NCBI GenBank assembly: GCA_958428295.1
Contig: CAUAFL010000002.1
Location: 2,297 to 66,296 of the forward strand
Length of the DNA stretch: 64,000 nucleotides
Source of the DNA: an uncultured Bacillota bacterium
GTDB taxonomy: Bacteria > Bacillota_I > Bacilli_A > RF39 > UBA660
Direction of reading: 5' to 3'
Part shown: piece after piece, positions 17,151 to 25,660 of the stretch
How positions within the stretch are numbered: the stretch's first letter is position 1
How the letters are laid out: the number at the start of each line of letters is the position of its first letter
Translations under genes and position numbers: made by a program
Notes under the pieces: generated by a model
Told to the model about the DNA's origin: nothing
The model's database searches: none
The model's input: the letters and a program-made list of their open reading frames with translations, nothing else

Positions 17151-17834
17151 TTATTTAACTTTTTTTAAATCGTAAACAATATCGGAATTATCACAAACAT
17201 TTTTACTATGAGTAACAATAATTACGCATTTGTTATCTTTATGAGCTAAAGACTTAAAGATTTCCAAAATATCATCTTCAGTTTCCTTATCTAAATTACC
17301 AGTAGGTTCGTCAGCAATAATAATTTGAGGATTATAAGATAAACTTCTAGCAATTGCTACTCTTTGCTGTTCTCCTCCTGATAATCTTAAAACTCTTTTA
17401 TCATAATATTTTTCTTTAAGACCAACGCTTTTCATTAATTTTAATACTGTTTCTTTTTTATTTTCATATTTTTTACCACTTATATCCATAGAAAGCATAA
17501 TATTCTCTCCCGCTGTCATATAAGGTAACAAATTATAACTTTGAAAAACAATTCCTATCTCATGATTTCTATATCTATCGAGATTTATTTCTTTTAAATC
17601 TTTACCATCATATATTATTTTTCCTTCAGTACATCTTTCAAGCCCAGTAATTAGAGAAAGTAAAGTTGTTTTACCAGTTCCGCTTCTTCCTCTAATAGCA
17701 TATACTTTTCCTTTTTCAAAATCATAACTGACATTTCTTAAGGCATACTCATCTATATCTGCATCAGCATATCTATAACTAGCATTTTTAATACTTAAAA
17801 TAACTTCTTTCAAATTAGAATTTTTTTTTGTCAT
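17151..17834 (-). CDS. ABC transporter ATP-binding protein (MacB/FtsE-like)
   Basis: Walker A GRSGTGKTT, signature LSGGEQQRVAIARSL, Walker B IIADEPTGNLD. Confidence 0.9.
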   Translation of the reverse strand: MTKKNSNLKEVILSIKNASYRYADADIDEYALRNVSYDFEKGKVYAIRGRSGTGKTTLLSLITGLERCTEGKIIYDGKDLKEINLDRYRNHEIGIVFQSYNLLPYMTAGENIMLSMDISGKKYENKKETVLKLMKSVGLKEKYYDKRVLRLSGGEQQRVAIARSLSYNPQIIIADEPTGNLDKETEDDILEIFKSLAHKDNKCVIIVTHSKNVCDNSDIVYDLKKVK

Positions 17835-17835
17835 T

Positions 17836-19290
17836 TTATGACCTCTCTTTCAATATTGTTAATGGTGAAAATCTTTGAATACTTATCATTGCTGACAAAC
17901 TACTAATTAGAACTAATAGAATTCCTATTCCTAGTAACTCAATAACAACTTGTATATTAACTACAGCGTCAATTGAATTATAAGCAGATATATCCACAAT
18001 ACCGTTTGATGGGAAATTACTAAAATCAGGCATACCTCTACCAGGGTTAAAGTTATTAGCCATGTCATTAGATGAAGTTTTAGCTGATTCAATCTCACTA
18101 GATAATAAAGCATTACTTACAGATTTAGACATTGTAGCACCAATACCAGCTCCTAATAGTAAAGCAAAAACAGTTACAAGAATGAGTTCTGTGATGAATT
18201 GAAGTGTAAGTTTAAACTTACTAATACCAATTGTTCTTAAAACACCAATTTCATATTTTCTTTCTCTTATATTAATCATATTTAATATAACTAAAACGAC
18301 ACCACCAATAATAAGTGTAATAATTAAAAATGTCGTAGCAAAAGATTTAACATTACTGACACCATTCAAACCAGAATTAGCAAGTTCTTCATTAGTTTCA
18401 ACTACATAATTTTCATCAAGACCTTTTTCATAAAATTGTTCTTCAATAATATCAGCATTATCATAACTATCAATTATAAATGTTGGTATTACACTAGCAT
18501 TTATATCTTCATTAGAATCGGTAATAGAAATTAAAGCATGAGAATTCGTAATAATTGTATTAGCAGAATTTGAAAACATACTCATCATATTACTATTACT
18601 AGTATTATTATCTTCAAAAATCCCTATAATTTTAAATGAATAAATGTTGTTATCATCATCTTTTAATTTAATTGTATCCCCAAGAGATAAATCGTTATAA
18701 GAAGCCAGTTCTTTATTAATAAAAACATAGTTTCCATCAAAAGCTTTATCCCAAGCATCATCTTCTATATCAGTTACCTTATATGTCCCATCAATAAATT
18801 CACTCATAGCATCAAGTGAACTATATCCTGTAACTGTAAAATCCATTTCACTTTGCATAGAGTTATTGTTTCCACCCGGAAAGGGTTTAGAAAAATCTTC
18901 TTCATCATTTTTATTTTCAGCTTTTTCAATATTTTCGCCATCTAAAGAAATACCATAAGTATAATAATAACTTTCAATATGATCACTATCTGCATAATTT
19001 TCTACATCTTCGATAGTAAAACTTGATATATTATTAAAATTTTCTTTCATTTCCTCTCTAGCAGACTCTTTAGAAAAATCAAAATCTTTCATCATACTAT
19101 TTCTATCAAACGAAATAGTTACTTCTTTTTTATAAGCACTCTCATATGAATTAATTAAATCATTAGCTGTGTTATTAATGGCAAGAGTAATTGTACAAGC
19201 ACAGGCAATTACTAATATAATAACACCAATTAAAATATTCCTTCCTTTATTTCTTGTGATCGAAATCACGGCATTATTCAGTATATACAT
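17836..19290 (-). CDS. ABC transporter permease, single FtsX domain with a large extracytoplasmic loop (MacB-like)
   Basis: It has an N-terminal TM, a ~290-aa loop, and C-terminal FtsX-type helices (RKYEIGVLRTIGISK). The stop lies 1 nt before the ATPase start. Confidence 0.85.
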   Translation of the reverse strand: MYILNNAVISITRNKGRNILIGVIILVIACACTITLAINNTANDLINSYESAYKKEVTISFDRNSMMKDFDFSKESAREEMKENFNNISSFTIEDVENYADSDHIESYYYTYGISLDGENIEKAENKNDEEDFSKPFPGGNNNSMQSEMDFTVTGYSSLDAMSEFIDGTYKVTDIEDDAWDKAFDGNYVFINKELASYNDLSLGDTIKLKDDDNNIYSFKIIGIFEDNNTSNSNMMSMFSNSANTIITNSHALISITDSNEDINASVIPTFIIDSYDNADIIEEQFYEKGLDENYVVETNEELANSGLNGVSNVKSFATTFLIITLIIGGVVLVILNMINIRERKYEIGVLRTIGISKFKLTLQFITELILVTVFALLLGAGIGATMSKSVSNALLSSEIESAKTSSNDMANNFNPGRGMPDFSNFPSNGIVDISAYNSIDAVVNIQVVIELLGIGILLVLISSLSAMISIQRFSPLTILKERS

Positions 19291-19365
19291 AGCATTCTCC
19301 TTTTATTTTTTACAAAAAAATTTTAACAATCGTACCTTAAATAAAACTGAAAAAAAGAATCAAAT

Positions 19366-20592
19366 TTATTTTTGATTCCATATAACTTTAAAAGTTGTAT
19401 AGCCATTAGAAGAATGGGCAGATATTTTTCCTTTGTGTTTTGCAACAATGTTTTTAGCAATTGCAAGACCTAATCCATAATTATTAGAGTTTCTATTTCT
19501 CGATGAATCGGCTTTATAAAATCTTTCAAATATTTTTTCTTCATCTTCTTTTTTTATAGGAAGCCCCTTATTAATAACTTCTAATATAATTTGTTTATTA
19601 GCTTTATATAAGTTTATATTTATATTTCTTTTTATAAAACTATGTTTAATTGCATTATCAATTAAGATATTCATAAGCTCCATAATTAAATCTTCATTAC
19701 ATTTTAAATTAATATTATCTTCTATTTTATATTTAAGTTTTATCTTTTTTTCGTAGAAAATACTTTCGAAGGTTAAAATGGCACTTTCAGTTATTCTAGA
19801 TAAATTATGGGAAGTCATTTCTATATCTTGTTCTTGTTCTGTTTTAGCCAAATCAAGTAGTTCAGTTACTAATTTTATCATTCTTTCTGATTCGTTTTTA
19901 ATATTATAAATCCATTTATCATTTTTATCATTAAGATAAGCATCAGTACTAGCTATCATAACAGAAAGGGGAGTTTTTAGTTCATGTGATGCATCAGCAA
20001 TAAATATTTTTTGTTTTAAAAATGCCTTTTTTACTGGTGTTGTTATCCATTTAGTTAAAATACTTGTTACCATAAAAATAACAATTTCACATATTATTAA
20101 TATACCAATATAAGTGATAAACTGTTTTATGAAATAATTATTTATATTTGTATTATCCATAATAATTAATACATTGTTATCTGTATAAGTATAGGCATAT
20201 TTATCAGTATATAAATTTCCAACAAAGAAATTATTTTCATGATTATTGATAATGTTTTCAGCTATATTTTTTACGTTTTTTTCGTCAAAAGATTCATCTT
20301 CTGTATGATTAATTGCTTCTTTATAATTACCATTATTATCTAAAATAACTGTATAAATAGTAAAGTCTAAATATATTTTTTTGACATTTTCATTATTAGG
20401 AATATCGATATTTGGTGGCTGCTTTATTCCCATAGGGGCATCTAAAGATCTAGAAATATTTCTTAATATATCGGAAATCGAGTTTTTTCTTTCTACATAA
20501 CTTCCTACTAATAAAGCAGTAATAATGATAATAACGCAAGAGGTCAAAATTATAAATATAGTTGCCGATACTTTAGTTTTTAGTTTTTTCAT
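19366..20592 (-). CDS. Sensor histidine kinase (two TM helices flanking a ~150-aa extracytoplasmic domain)
   Basis: H-box ADASHELKTPLS, N-box IDNAIKHS, G-box NYGLGLAIAKN. I chose the MKKLKTK start, which overlaps the response-regulator stop. Confidence 0.85.
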   Translation of the reverse strand: MKKLKTKVSATIFIILTSCVIIIITALLVGSYVERKNSISDILRNISRSLDAPMGIKQPPNIDIPNNENVKKIYLDFTIYTVILDNNGNYKEAINHTEDESFDEKNVKNIAENIINNHENNFFVGNLYTDKYAYTYTDNNVLIIMDNTNINNYFIKQFITYIGILIICEIVIFMVTSILTKWITTPVKKAFLKQKIFIADASHELKTPLSVMIASTDAYLNDKNDKWIYNIKNESERMIKLVTELLDLAKTEQEQDIEMTSHNLSRITESAILTFESIFYEKKIKLKYKIEDNINLKCNEDLIMELMNILIDNAIKHSFIKRNININLYKANKQIILEVINKGLPIKKEDEEKIFERFYKADSSRNRNSNNYGLGLAIAKNIVAKHKGKISAHSSNGYTTFKVIWNQK

Positions 20593-21268
20593 TTTTGGCC
20601 TCCAAAACATATCCCATATTTCTGATTGCTTTAATTGTTGTATTTGCTTTAATTAATTTTAACTTTTTTCTTAAAAAAGAAATATATGCTTCTAAAATAT
20701 TCATATCACAATCACTATCATATCCCCATATTTTTACAAAAATCTGTTCTTTTGCTATTACTTGATTAGGATTATTCATTAATAATTCCAAAACACTAAA
20801 TTCTTTTCCTATTATTTTTACATTTTGACTATTATTGCTATTATATAATTTCATACTTTTTAAATCTAATTTTATATCGTTAAATATTAAAGAATCTTTG
20901 TTTAAATAGTCTTTTCTTCTTAATTGAATATTAATTCGTGCTAAAAGCTCGTCAATATGAAATGGTTTAGTTAGGTAATCATCAGCACCATTATTAAAGC
21001 CAATCATTTTATCTTCAATTTCACTTTTAGCAGTAAGCATAATTATTTTAGAACTAATATTTTCATTTCTTAAATCTTTCAATATTTCAAAACCATTTTT
21101 ATTAGGTAACATTACATCTAAAATAATTAAATCATATACCCCGGTTAAAGCTTCTTCATAACCTTTTAAACCATCGGCACGAATATCTACTAGATAGTTG
21201 TTATATTTTAATGTAGTAGCAATAGCATCTGCTAAATTATATTCATCTTCAATTATTAAAATTTTCAT
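20573..21268 (-). CDS. OmpR-family response regulator
   Basis: The receiver domain shows ILIIEDE, DLIILDVMLP and LTAK. The C-terminus is a winged helix (IKAIRNMGYVLE). Confidence 0.9.
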   Translation of the reverse strand: MKILIIEDEYNLADAIATTLKYNNYLVDIRADGLKGYEEALTGVYDLIILDVMLPNKNGFEILKDLRNENISSKIIMLTAKSEIEDKMIGFNNGADDYLTKPFHIDELLARINIQLRRKDYLNKDSLIFNDIKLDLKSMKLYNSNNSQNVKIIGKEFSVLELLMNNPNQVIAKEQIFVKIWGYDSDCDMNILEAYISFLRKKLKLIKANTTIKAIRNMGYVLEAKNEKTKN

Positions 21269-21822
21269 AATACATCACCTAATAATATATTTTATAAAAG
21301 AAAACTTAAATTAAACTTAAATCATAGTTATTATATCATTAATAGATAATTATAATTAATTTTTATAAAACTATTTAAAAATGAGAATAAAAGTATTACA
21401 ATATGAGTAGTGATTGATTTATACATCAATTATCTTTGGTAAAAGTTGTAAATAATTAAACTTATCTCTTTTTGGTGAGTCAAAATTTATCTATATTAAT
21501 ACTATTAGATAATAGAATACCAATTAGTGAATTAGCTATATACTTAAAATTAATAAAATAACTGATAGATAAATCATTTTGATCGAAATAATTTTGTTAA
21601 CGTCTTTTAATTGCCTTGTAAACAGTGCGGATACAAGAAGATAGTTATTACTATATATCATATTTTGCTTACTAGTGAAATTTTTGATTATCAAAGACTT
21701 TTAAAAAGCATAGCTGGATTTTTTTATGTTTGATTATTATAGTGCTTGGGCTATCATTTTATTGTATTATAAACAAATGTTTGATATGCTTAAAAAGCAC
21801 TAGTAATAAGAGGAGATAGAGA

Positions 21823-22566
21823 ATGGATCATAGTTATATTAATTTGACTCTAGATAATTTAGATGAAGAACATATTTGTTGTGCAATCAGTGATAAAAAA
21901 CATCAAACAGGTGTGGAATTAAAAAAAGAATGGCTTAGAAAGAGGATTCCTGAAGGCCATGTTTTTAGAAAACTAAGAGCGCGGGGCAAGGTATTTATTG
22001 AGTATGCCCCTTTGGAGAGTGCTTGGATACCGATTGAAGGAAAAGCATATCTTTATATTTATTGTTTATGGGTAGCTGGTAGTTATAAGAAAGAGGGATA
22101 TGGTCGAGAATTGTTGCAATTTGCAATTTTGGAGGCAAAGCGGCTACATAAAAATGGTCTTTGTGTCATTACATCTACAAAGAAAAAGCCTTTTTTATCA
22201 GAAAAGGAATTTTTTGAACAGTTTGGTTTTAAAGTGGTAGATAATGTTTTAGAATATGAATTATTAGCGTTGTCTTTTACAGATGTGCTACCAAAGTTTT
22301 GTGAGACAGCTAAAAAAATGACGATTGCTACTAAGAATTTAACCATTTATTATAGTCCACAATGTCCTTTTACAGCTCATTGTATTGAGGAGTTAAAAAC
22401 TTATCGTGAAGAACAGGGAATACCAATTCATTTTGAAGAGATTGATAGTTTAACAAAAGCAAAACAAGTCCCTTGTGTATTTAATAATTGGACTAATTTT
22501 AAAGATGGGAAGTTTTTGTCCAATACTTTACTAAATAAAAGTATGGTAGCAAAATTGTATGAGTAG
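21823..22566 (+). CDS. GNAT N-acetyltransferase with a YoaP-like C-terminal domain
   Basis: The acetyl-CoA motif is YKKEGYGRELLQFAI. The C-terminal thioredoxin-like segment LTIYYSPQCPFT is as seen in YoaP-type proteins. Confidence 0.65.
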   Translation: MDHSYINLTLDNLDEEHICCAISDKKHQTGVELKKEWLRKRIPEGHVFRKLRARGKVFIEYAPLESAWIPIEGKAYLYIYCLWVAGSYKKEGYGRELLQFAILEAKRLHKNGLCVITSTKKKPFLSEKEFFEQFGFKVVDNVLEYELLALSFTDVLPKFCETAKKMTIATKNLTIYYSPQCPFTAHCIEELKTYREEQGIPIHFEEIDSLTKAKQVPCVFNNWTNFKDGKFLSNTLLNKSMVAKLYE

Positions 22567-22569
22567 GGT

Positions 22570-23463
22570 ATGGAATTTTTAAAAGTAAAGTCAATTCTTA
22601 CTAAGGTTAATTATGGCAGTAAGTGGTATGGTGTTGATTATTGTATCAATCTTTATCGGGGCTGTTGTCATGGATGTATTTATTGTGATAGTCGTAGTGA
22701 GTGTTACCATATAGATCATTTTGAAGTGATAACAAGCAAAGAAAAAGCACTTACCATTTTAGAGCAAGAGCTTTCTCGAAAAAGAAATTCTGGTATCGTG
22801 GGAATGGGATCAATGTCTGATCCTTATCATCCTTTAGAGCAACAATATCAACTGACAAGAGGAGCCTTGAAATTATTAGCACGTTATCATTATGGAGTAT
22901 CAATTGATACAAAGAGCGATCTGGTATTACGTGATTTAGATATTTTATTAGAGATTCAAAAACACCAGCCGGTGCTTGTCAAATTTACTATTACTACCCC
23001 CAATGATGCGTTGGCGAAAGTGATTGAGCCTAATGTTTGTGTTTCTTCAAAGCGTCTTCAGGCAATGAAAAAGTTAAGTAATCGGGGTATTTTTGTAGGG
23101 GTAATGTTAAACCCGGTTTTGCCTTTTATTACTGATTCTGAAGAAGATATCAAAACCTTAGTGCAGATTGCTTTTTTCCATGGAGCAAAGTTTATTCATA
23201 CTTATATGGGGATGACACTAAGAGATCGACAACGTACTTATTATTACCAACAATTAGATTGTCATTTTAAAGGCTTGAAAAAACAATATATTCAAACCTT
23301 TGGTCGGCAATATTTTTGTCCTCCTCCTAACTGTCAACATTTATATCAGGTGTTTACTAAGGAATGTGAAAAGTATGGTCTTTTGTATCGAATGGAAGAT
23401 ATTATTGCGGCTTTCAAAGAGAAAAATGGAGTGATGAAGCAAATGACTTTTTTTGAGGAGTAG
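22570..23463 (+). CDS. Radical SAM protein, SplB/COG1533-like family
   Basis: The CxxxCxxC cluster occurs in YRGCCHGCIYCDS, with N-terminal SIL..... / DY.IN.YRGC family context. It starts 3 nt after the GNAT stop. Confidence 0.8.
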   Translation: MEFLKVKSILTKVNYGSKWYGVDYCINLYRGCCHGCIYCDSRSECYHIDHFEVITSKEKALTILEQELSRKRNSGIVGMGSMSDPYHPLEQQYQLTRGALKLLARYHYGVSIDTKSDLVLRDLDILLEIQKHQPVLVKFTITTPNDALAKVIEPNVCVSSKRLQAMKKLSNRGIFVGVMLNPVLPFITDSEEDIKTLVQIAFFHGAKFIHTYMGMTLRDRQRTYYYQQLDCHFKGLKKQYIQTFGRQYFCPPPNCQHLYQVFTKECEKYGLLYRMEDIIAAFKEKNGVMKQMTFFEE

Positions 23464-24315
23464 TTAGTTTCTTTTCTTTTTTATTTTATTTATGGTTGTG
23501 GTTATAGCAGTGTCGACGGAAGTGTAGAGTTCTTTTAGTTGTTTGTTTTCATTAGTCGTTAATTGATCGGGTATGGTAGTAGGATTAAAGTATTGTCCAT
23601 TAATAGTACAACCGTCAAAATAGTGTAGTAATATGGATAGTTCTAAGTCTTTTAGATGGTTCACCTTATGCATATCTATTTGTAAATTGATACCTGTATC
23701 AGTGAAAGAAGTATGATGAAAGCTACCATTGTTGGTTATTTCCTGTTCTGTTAGGGTATATTCCGTTAGATCTAGTTGATTTAGTTTACTGTTTTTACAG
23801 GTTGTTATATGTTTTAACGCTAGTTTTGCACCACTATTACTAAGATTGACATCTGTTAGCGTATGAATTTGCTCAGCATGGGCAGTACTTAAGTCTAGAT
23901 TGGTAAAGTTACAACAAGAGATGTGTTGTCCTTGATTAAATGCTTGTGAAAAATCAATGTTAGCATTGGTATCACTGAGATCTACCAAATAATCTTGATT
24001 GTCACGACTGAGTAGTGTTTCTCGTAGTTCTTCATATATTTCTTCTTGTTGTTTTGCTGTTAAATTTATATCTAAGTTTGCCATATCCCAATCAACATTG
24101 GCGAAAGATACTTCTTGCAAATCTAATTTTCTTAGAAATTCTCCCGACCAGATAACAATTTTGCGGGGTAAATTATTATGGGTGATAAAAGAATTAAATA
24201 ATAATATGTCTAGTATTTGTTTATCCAAGGTTACTTTTTGCCCTACGGGAATAGCTTTTAATCGCTCCTGTGTATAGTTTCTTAGGTTTCTTTTTTCTTT
24301 ATTGGTTAAGTTCAC
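23464..24315 (-). CDS. Hypothetical protein with loosely pentapeptide-repeat-like segments
   Basis: 283 aa. Recurrent (D/N)L/F-x-x-A/S-like stretches occur (LDLQEVSFANVDWDMANLD, VDLSDTNANIDFSQAF, CNFTNLDLSTAHA, TDVNLSNSGAKL). This is a weak call. Confidence 0.45.
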   Translation of the reverse strand: MNLTNKEKRNLRNYTQERLKAIPVGQKVTLDKQILDILLFNSFITHNNLPRKIVIWSGEFLRKLDLQEVSFANVDWDMANLDINLTAKQQEEIYEELRETLLSRDNQDYLVDLSDTNANIDFSQAFNQGQHISCCNFTNLDLSTAHAEQIHTLTDVNLSNSGAKLALKHITTCKNSKLNQLDLTEYTLTEQEITNNGSFHHTSFTDTGINLQIDMHKVNHLKDLELSILLHYFDGCTINGQYFNPTTIPDQLTTNENKQLKELYTSVDTAITTTINKIKKKRN

Positions 24316-24405
24316 TTTATTTCCTCCTATTTTGTTAGCTTAGCATATTGTATGTATCGAGTCTTACAAACATTAATTTAAAATAAAAAATAAGAGATGT
24401 GCTAC

Positions 24406-25281
24406 TTATTTATTAGTTGTCTTGATTAGTTCATGATAACTTTTTTGAGAAGATAGTTCACATTTTTCTAAGGTAGAACCAGCACAGATGCATAATTTTG
24501 CCATATTGAGGCAGGTTTGATAGGTTTGATAAGTAGGTGCTTGATTATACCTTAGGTGATGTAGAGTTTGAGCAGTTTCATAAAGAAGACAATTTTGATC
24601 AGTAATCACCATGTCTGTTTTGGCATTGGTGTTGGGATCTTGATAGGTAAGAGTTATTTCGTCACTATTTTCATTGTTAATATAAAAATTTTGATATTCA
24701 CTAGCTTTGAATCCTGCTGCTCGGGCCGCAAGGGATTGAATAACTGTTTGGAGCAGTTGTTCACAGATAGTAGTGGCATGATTATCGATCCATGTTTCGC
24801 TATATTGTTGTAGATATCCTAGTTTTTGAATGGCTTGTTGAGAAGTTACTTGCTCTACAAATCCCTCTTCTTGTTGACAGGCTGCAATGAGCATTTCAAT
24901 TTCGCTATTTGTTAGGTCTTTTAACGGTTGTTTTTCTTGTTGTGTTAAAGGATAGAGCTGTTTCGCTTTGTCCTCAATGTTTAACTCTTGCAATCTATCA
25001 ATTAATGTTAAATAGTCGGCTAGCTTATCACTAGCAGTAATTAGATCTAGTATTTCTATGGTGGTTTCATCCTTGTGAAGGGTAAGGTGTGTTTGTTTCA
25101 TTTGACTGATTTCATCTAGGTAGGTAAACTCTTTTTGTTGATAGATGACTTCTTCTAGTGATTGATCAAGTACTTCATAGTTCCTATGGCAAGAAGAAAG
25201 AGCAAGTGGTAGGGTTAGAGCCATGATGGTGATTCGTATTTTTAAGTTTTTTATAGGGCGCATGTGAGTTCTCCTTTTCAT
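24406..25281 (-). CDS. Hypothetical lipoprotein
   Basis: The signal peptide carries the lipobox LALSSC. No domain recognised. Confidence 0.55.
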   Translation of the reverse strand: MKRRTHMRPIKNLKIRITIMALTLPLALSSCHRNYEVLDQSLEEVIYQQKEFTYLDEISQMKQTHLTLHKDETTIEILDLITASDKLADYLTLIDRLQELNIEDKAKQLYPLTQQEKQPLKDLTNSEIEMLIAACQQEEGFVEQVTSQQAIQKLGYLQQYSETWIDNHATTICEQLLQTVIQSLAARAAGFKASEYQNFYINNENSDEITLTYQDPNTNAKTDMVITDQNCLLYETAQTLHHLRYNQAPTYQTYQTCLNMAKLCICAGSTLEKCELSSQKSYHELIKTTNK

Positions 25282-25369
25282 TCATTTTATTGTAGCATTA
25301 GGAAAATTTATTTGTCAATTTTAAGAAGAGGTATAAAATCTTGGATTTTGTCAATATTATGAAAGAAGT

Positions 25370-25398
25370 TTGACAAATAGACAAAGTTGTGGTAGCAT
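25370..25398 (+). promoter_or_regulatory. Sigma-A promoter TTGACA-17-TAGCAT for the asnS leader
   Basis: -35 at 25370-25375 and -10 at 25393-25398. Confidence 0.5.
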
Positions 25399-25404
25399 TT
25401 TTTC

Positions 25405-25640
25405 AGAAAGACAAAGAAAGAACGAGTAAAAATAAAATTTCTTGATAGAGAGCTGAGGATTGGTGGAACTTAGTAAGAGTTTATTTTGAAAAACATTCTG
25501 GAGTCGCTTAAAGAAATTAGTAGACTAAGCCGGATGCCACCGTTATGGTAATAAGTGGTCACAATTGTGATAAATTGGGTGGTACCGCGGAGTAGACAGT
25601 GCTTGCTTCGTCCCGTTGTGGAAGGCGCTGTTTTTTTGTT
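25405..25640 (+). promoter_or_regulatory. T-box riboswitch leader (Asn specifier AAC)
   Basis: The conserved T-box sequence AATTGGGTGGTACCGCGG lies at 25573-25590. A Stem I AGAGA/GAGTA-type element is present. The candidate specifier GAA-AAC-A is at 25492-25494. A terminator helix is followed by the T-run at ~25630-25637. Confidence 0.8.
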
Positions 25641-25660
25641 GTTAGGAAAGGAAGAGTTAT

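Larger units (their letters stand above)
16955..21800. other. Very AT-rich accessory island adjacent to the tRNA-Leu 3' end (probable horizontally acquired segment with no mobility genes left)
   Basis: Hand counts of sample 60-nt lines give 22-25% G+C inside versus about 37-47% in the flanking genes. All four genes run opposite to their neighbours, and 554 bp of non-coding AT-rich DNA lies at the right end. Confidence 0.55.

Noticed and set aside
21726-21803. A 25-aa hydrophobic ORF (MFDYYSAWAIILLYYKQMFDMLKKH) lies in the long AT-rich spacer.
   Set aside because: It has no Shine-Dalgarno sequence, and short ORFs of this size are expected by chance in AT-rich DNA.
16955-21822. I looked for attL/attR-type direct repeats of the tRNA-Leu 3' end bounding the AT-rich island, and for an integrase.
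   Set aside because: I found no copy of the tRNA 3' segment (e.g. TCTCGCACCA) or any other convincing direct repeat at the right boundary, and no integrase or recombinase ORF. I therefore call the region a compositional island only, not a mobile element.
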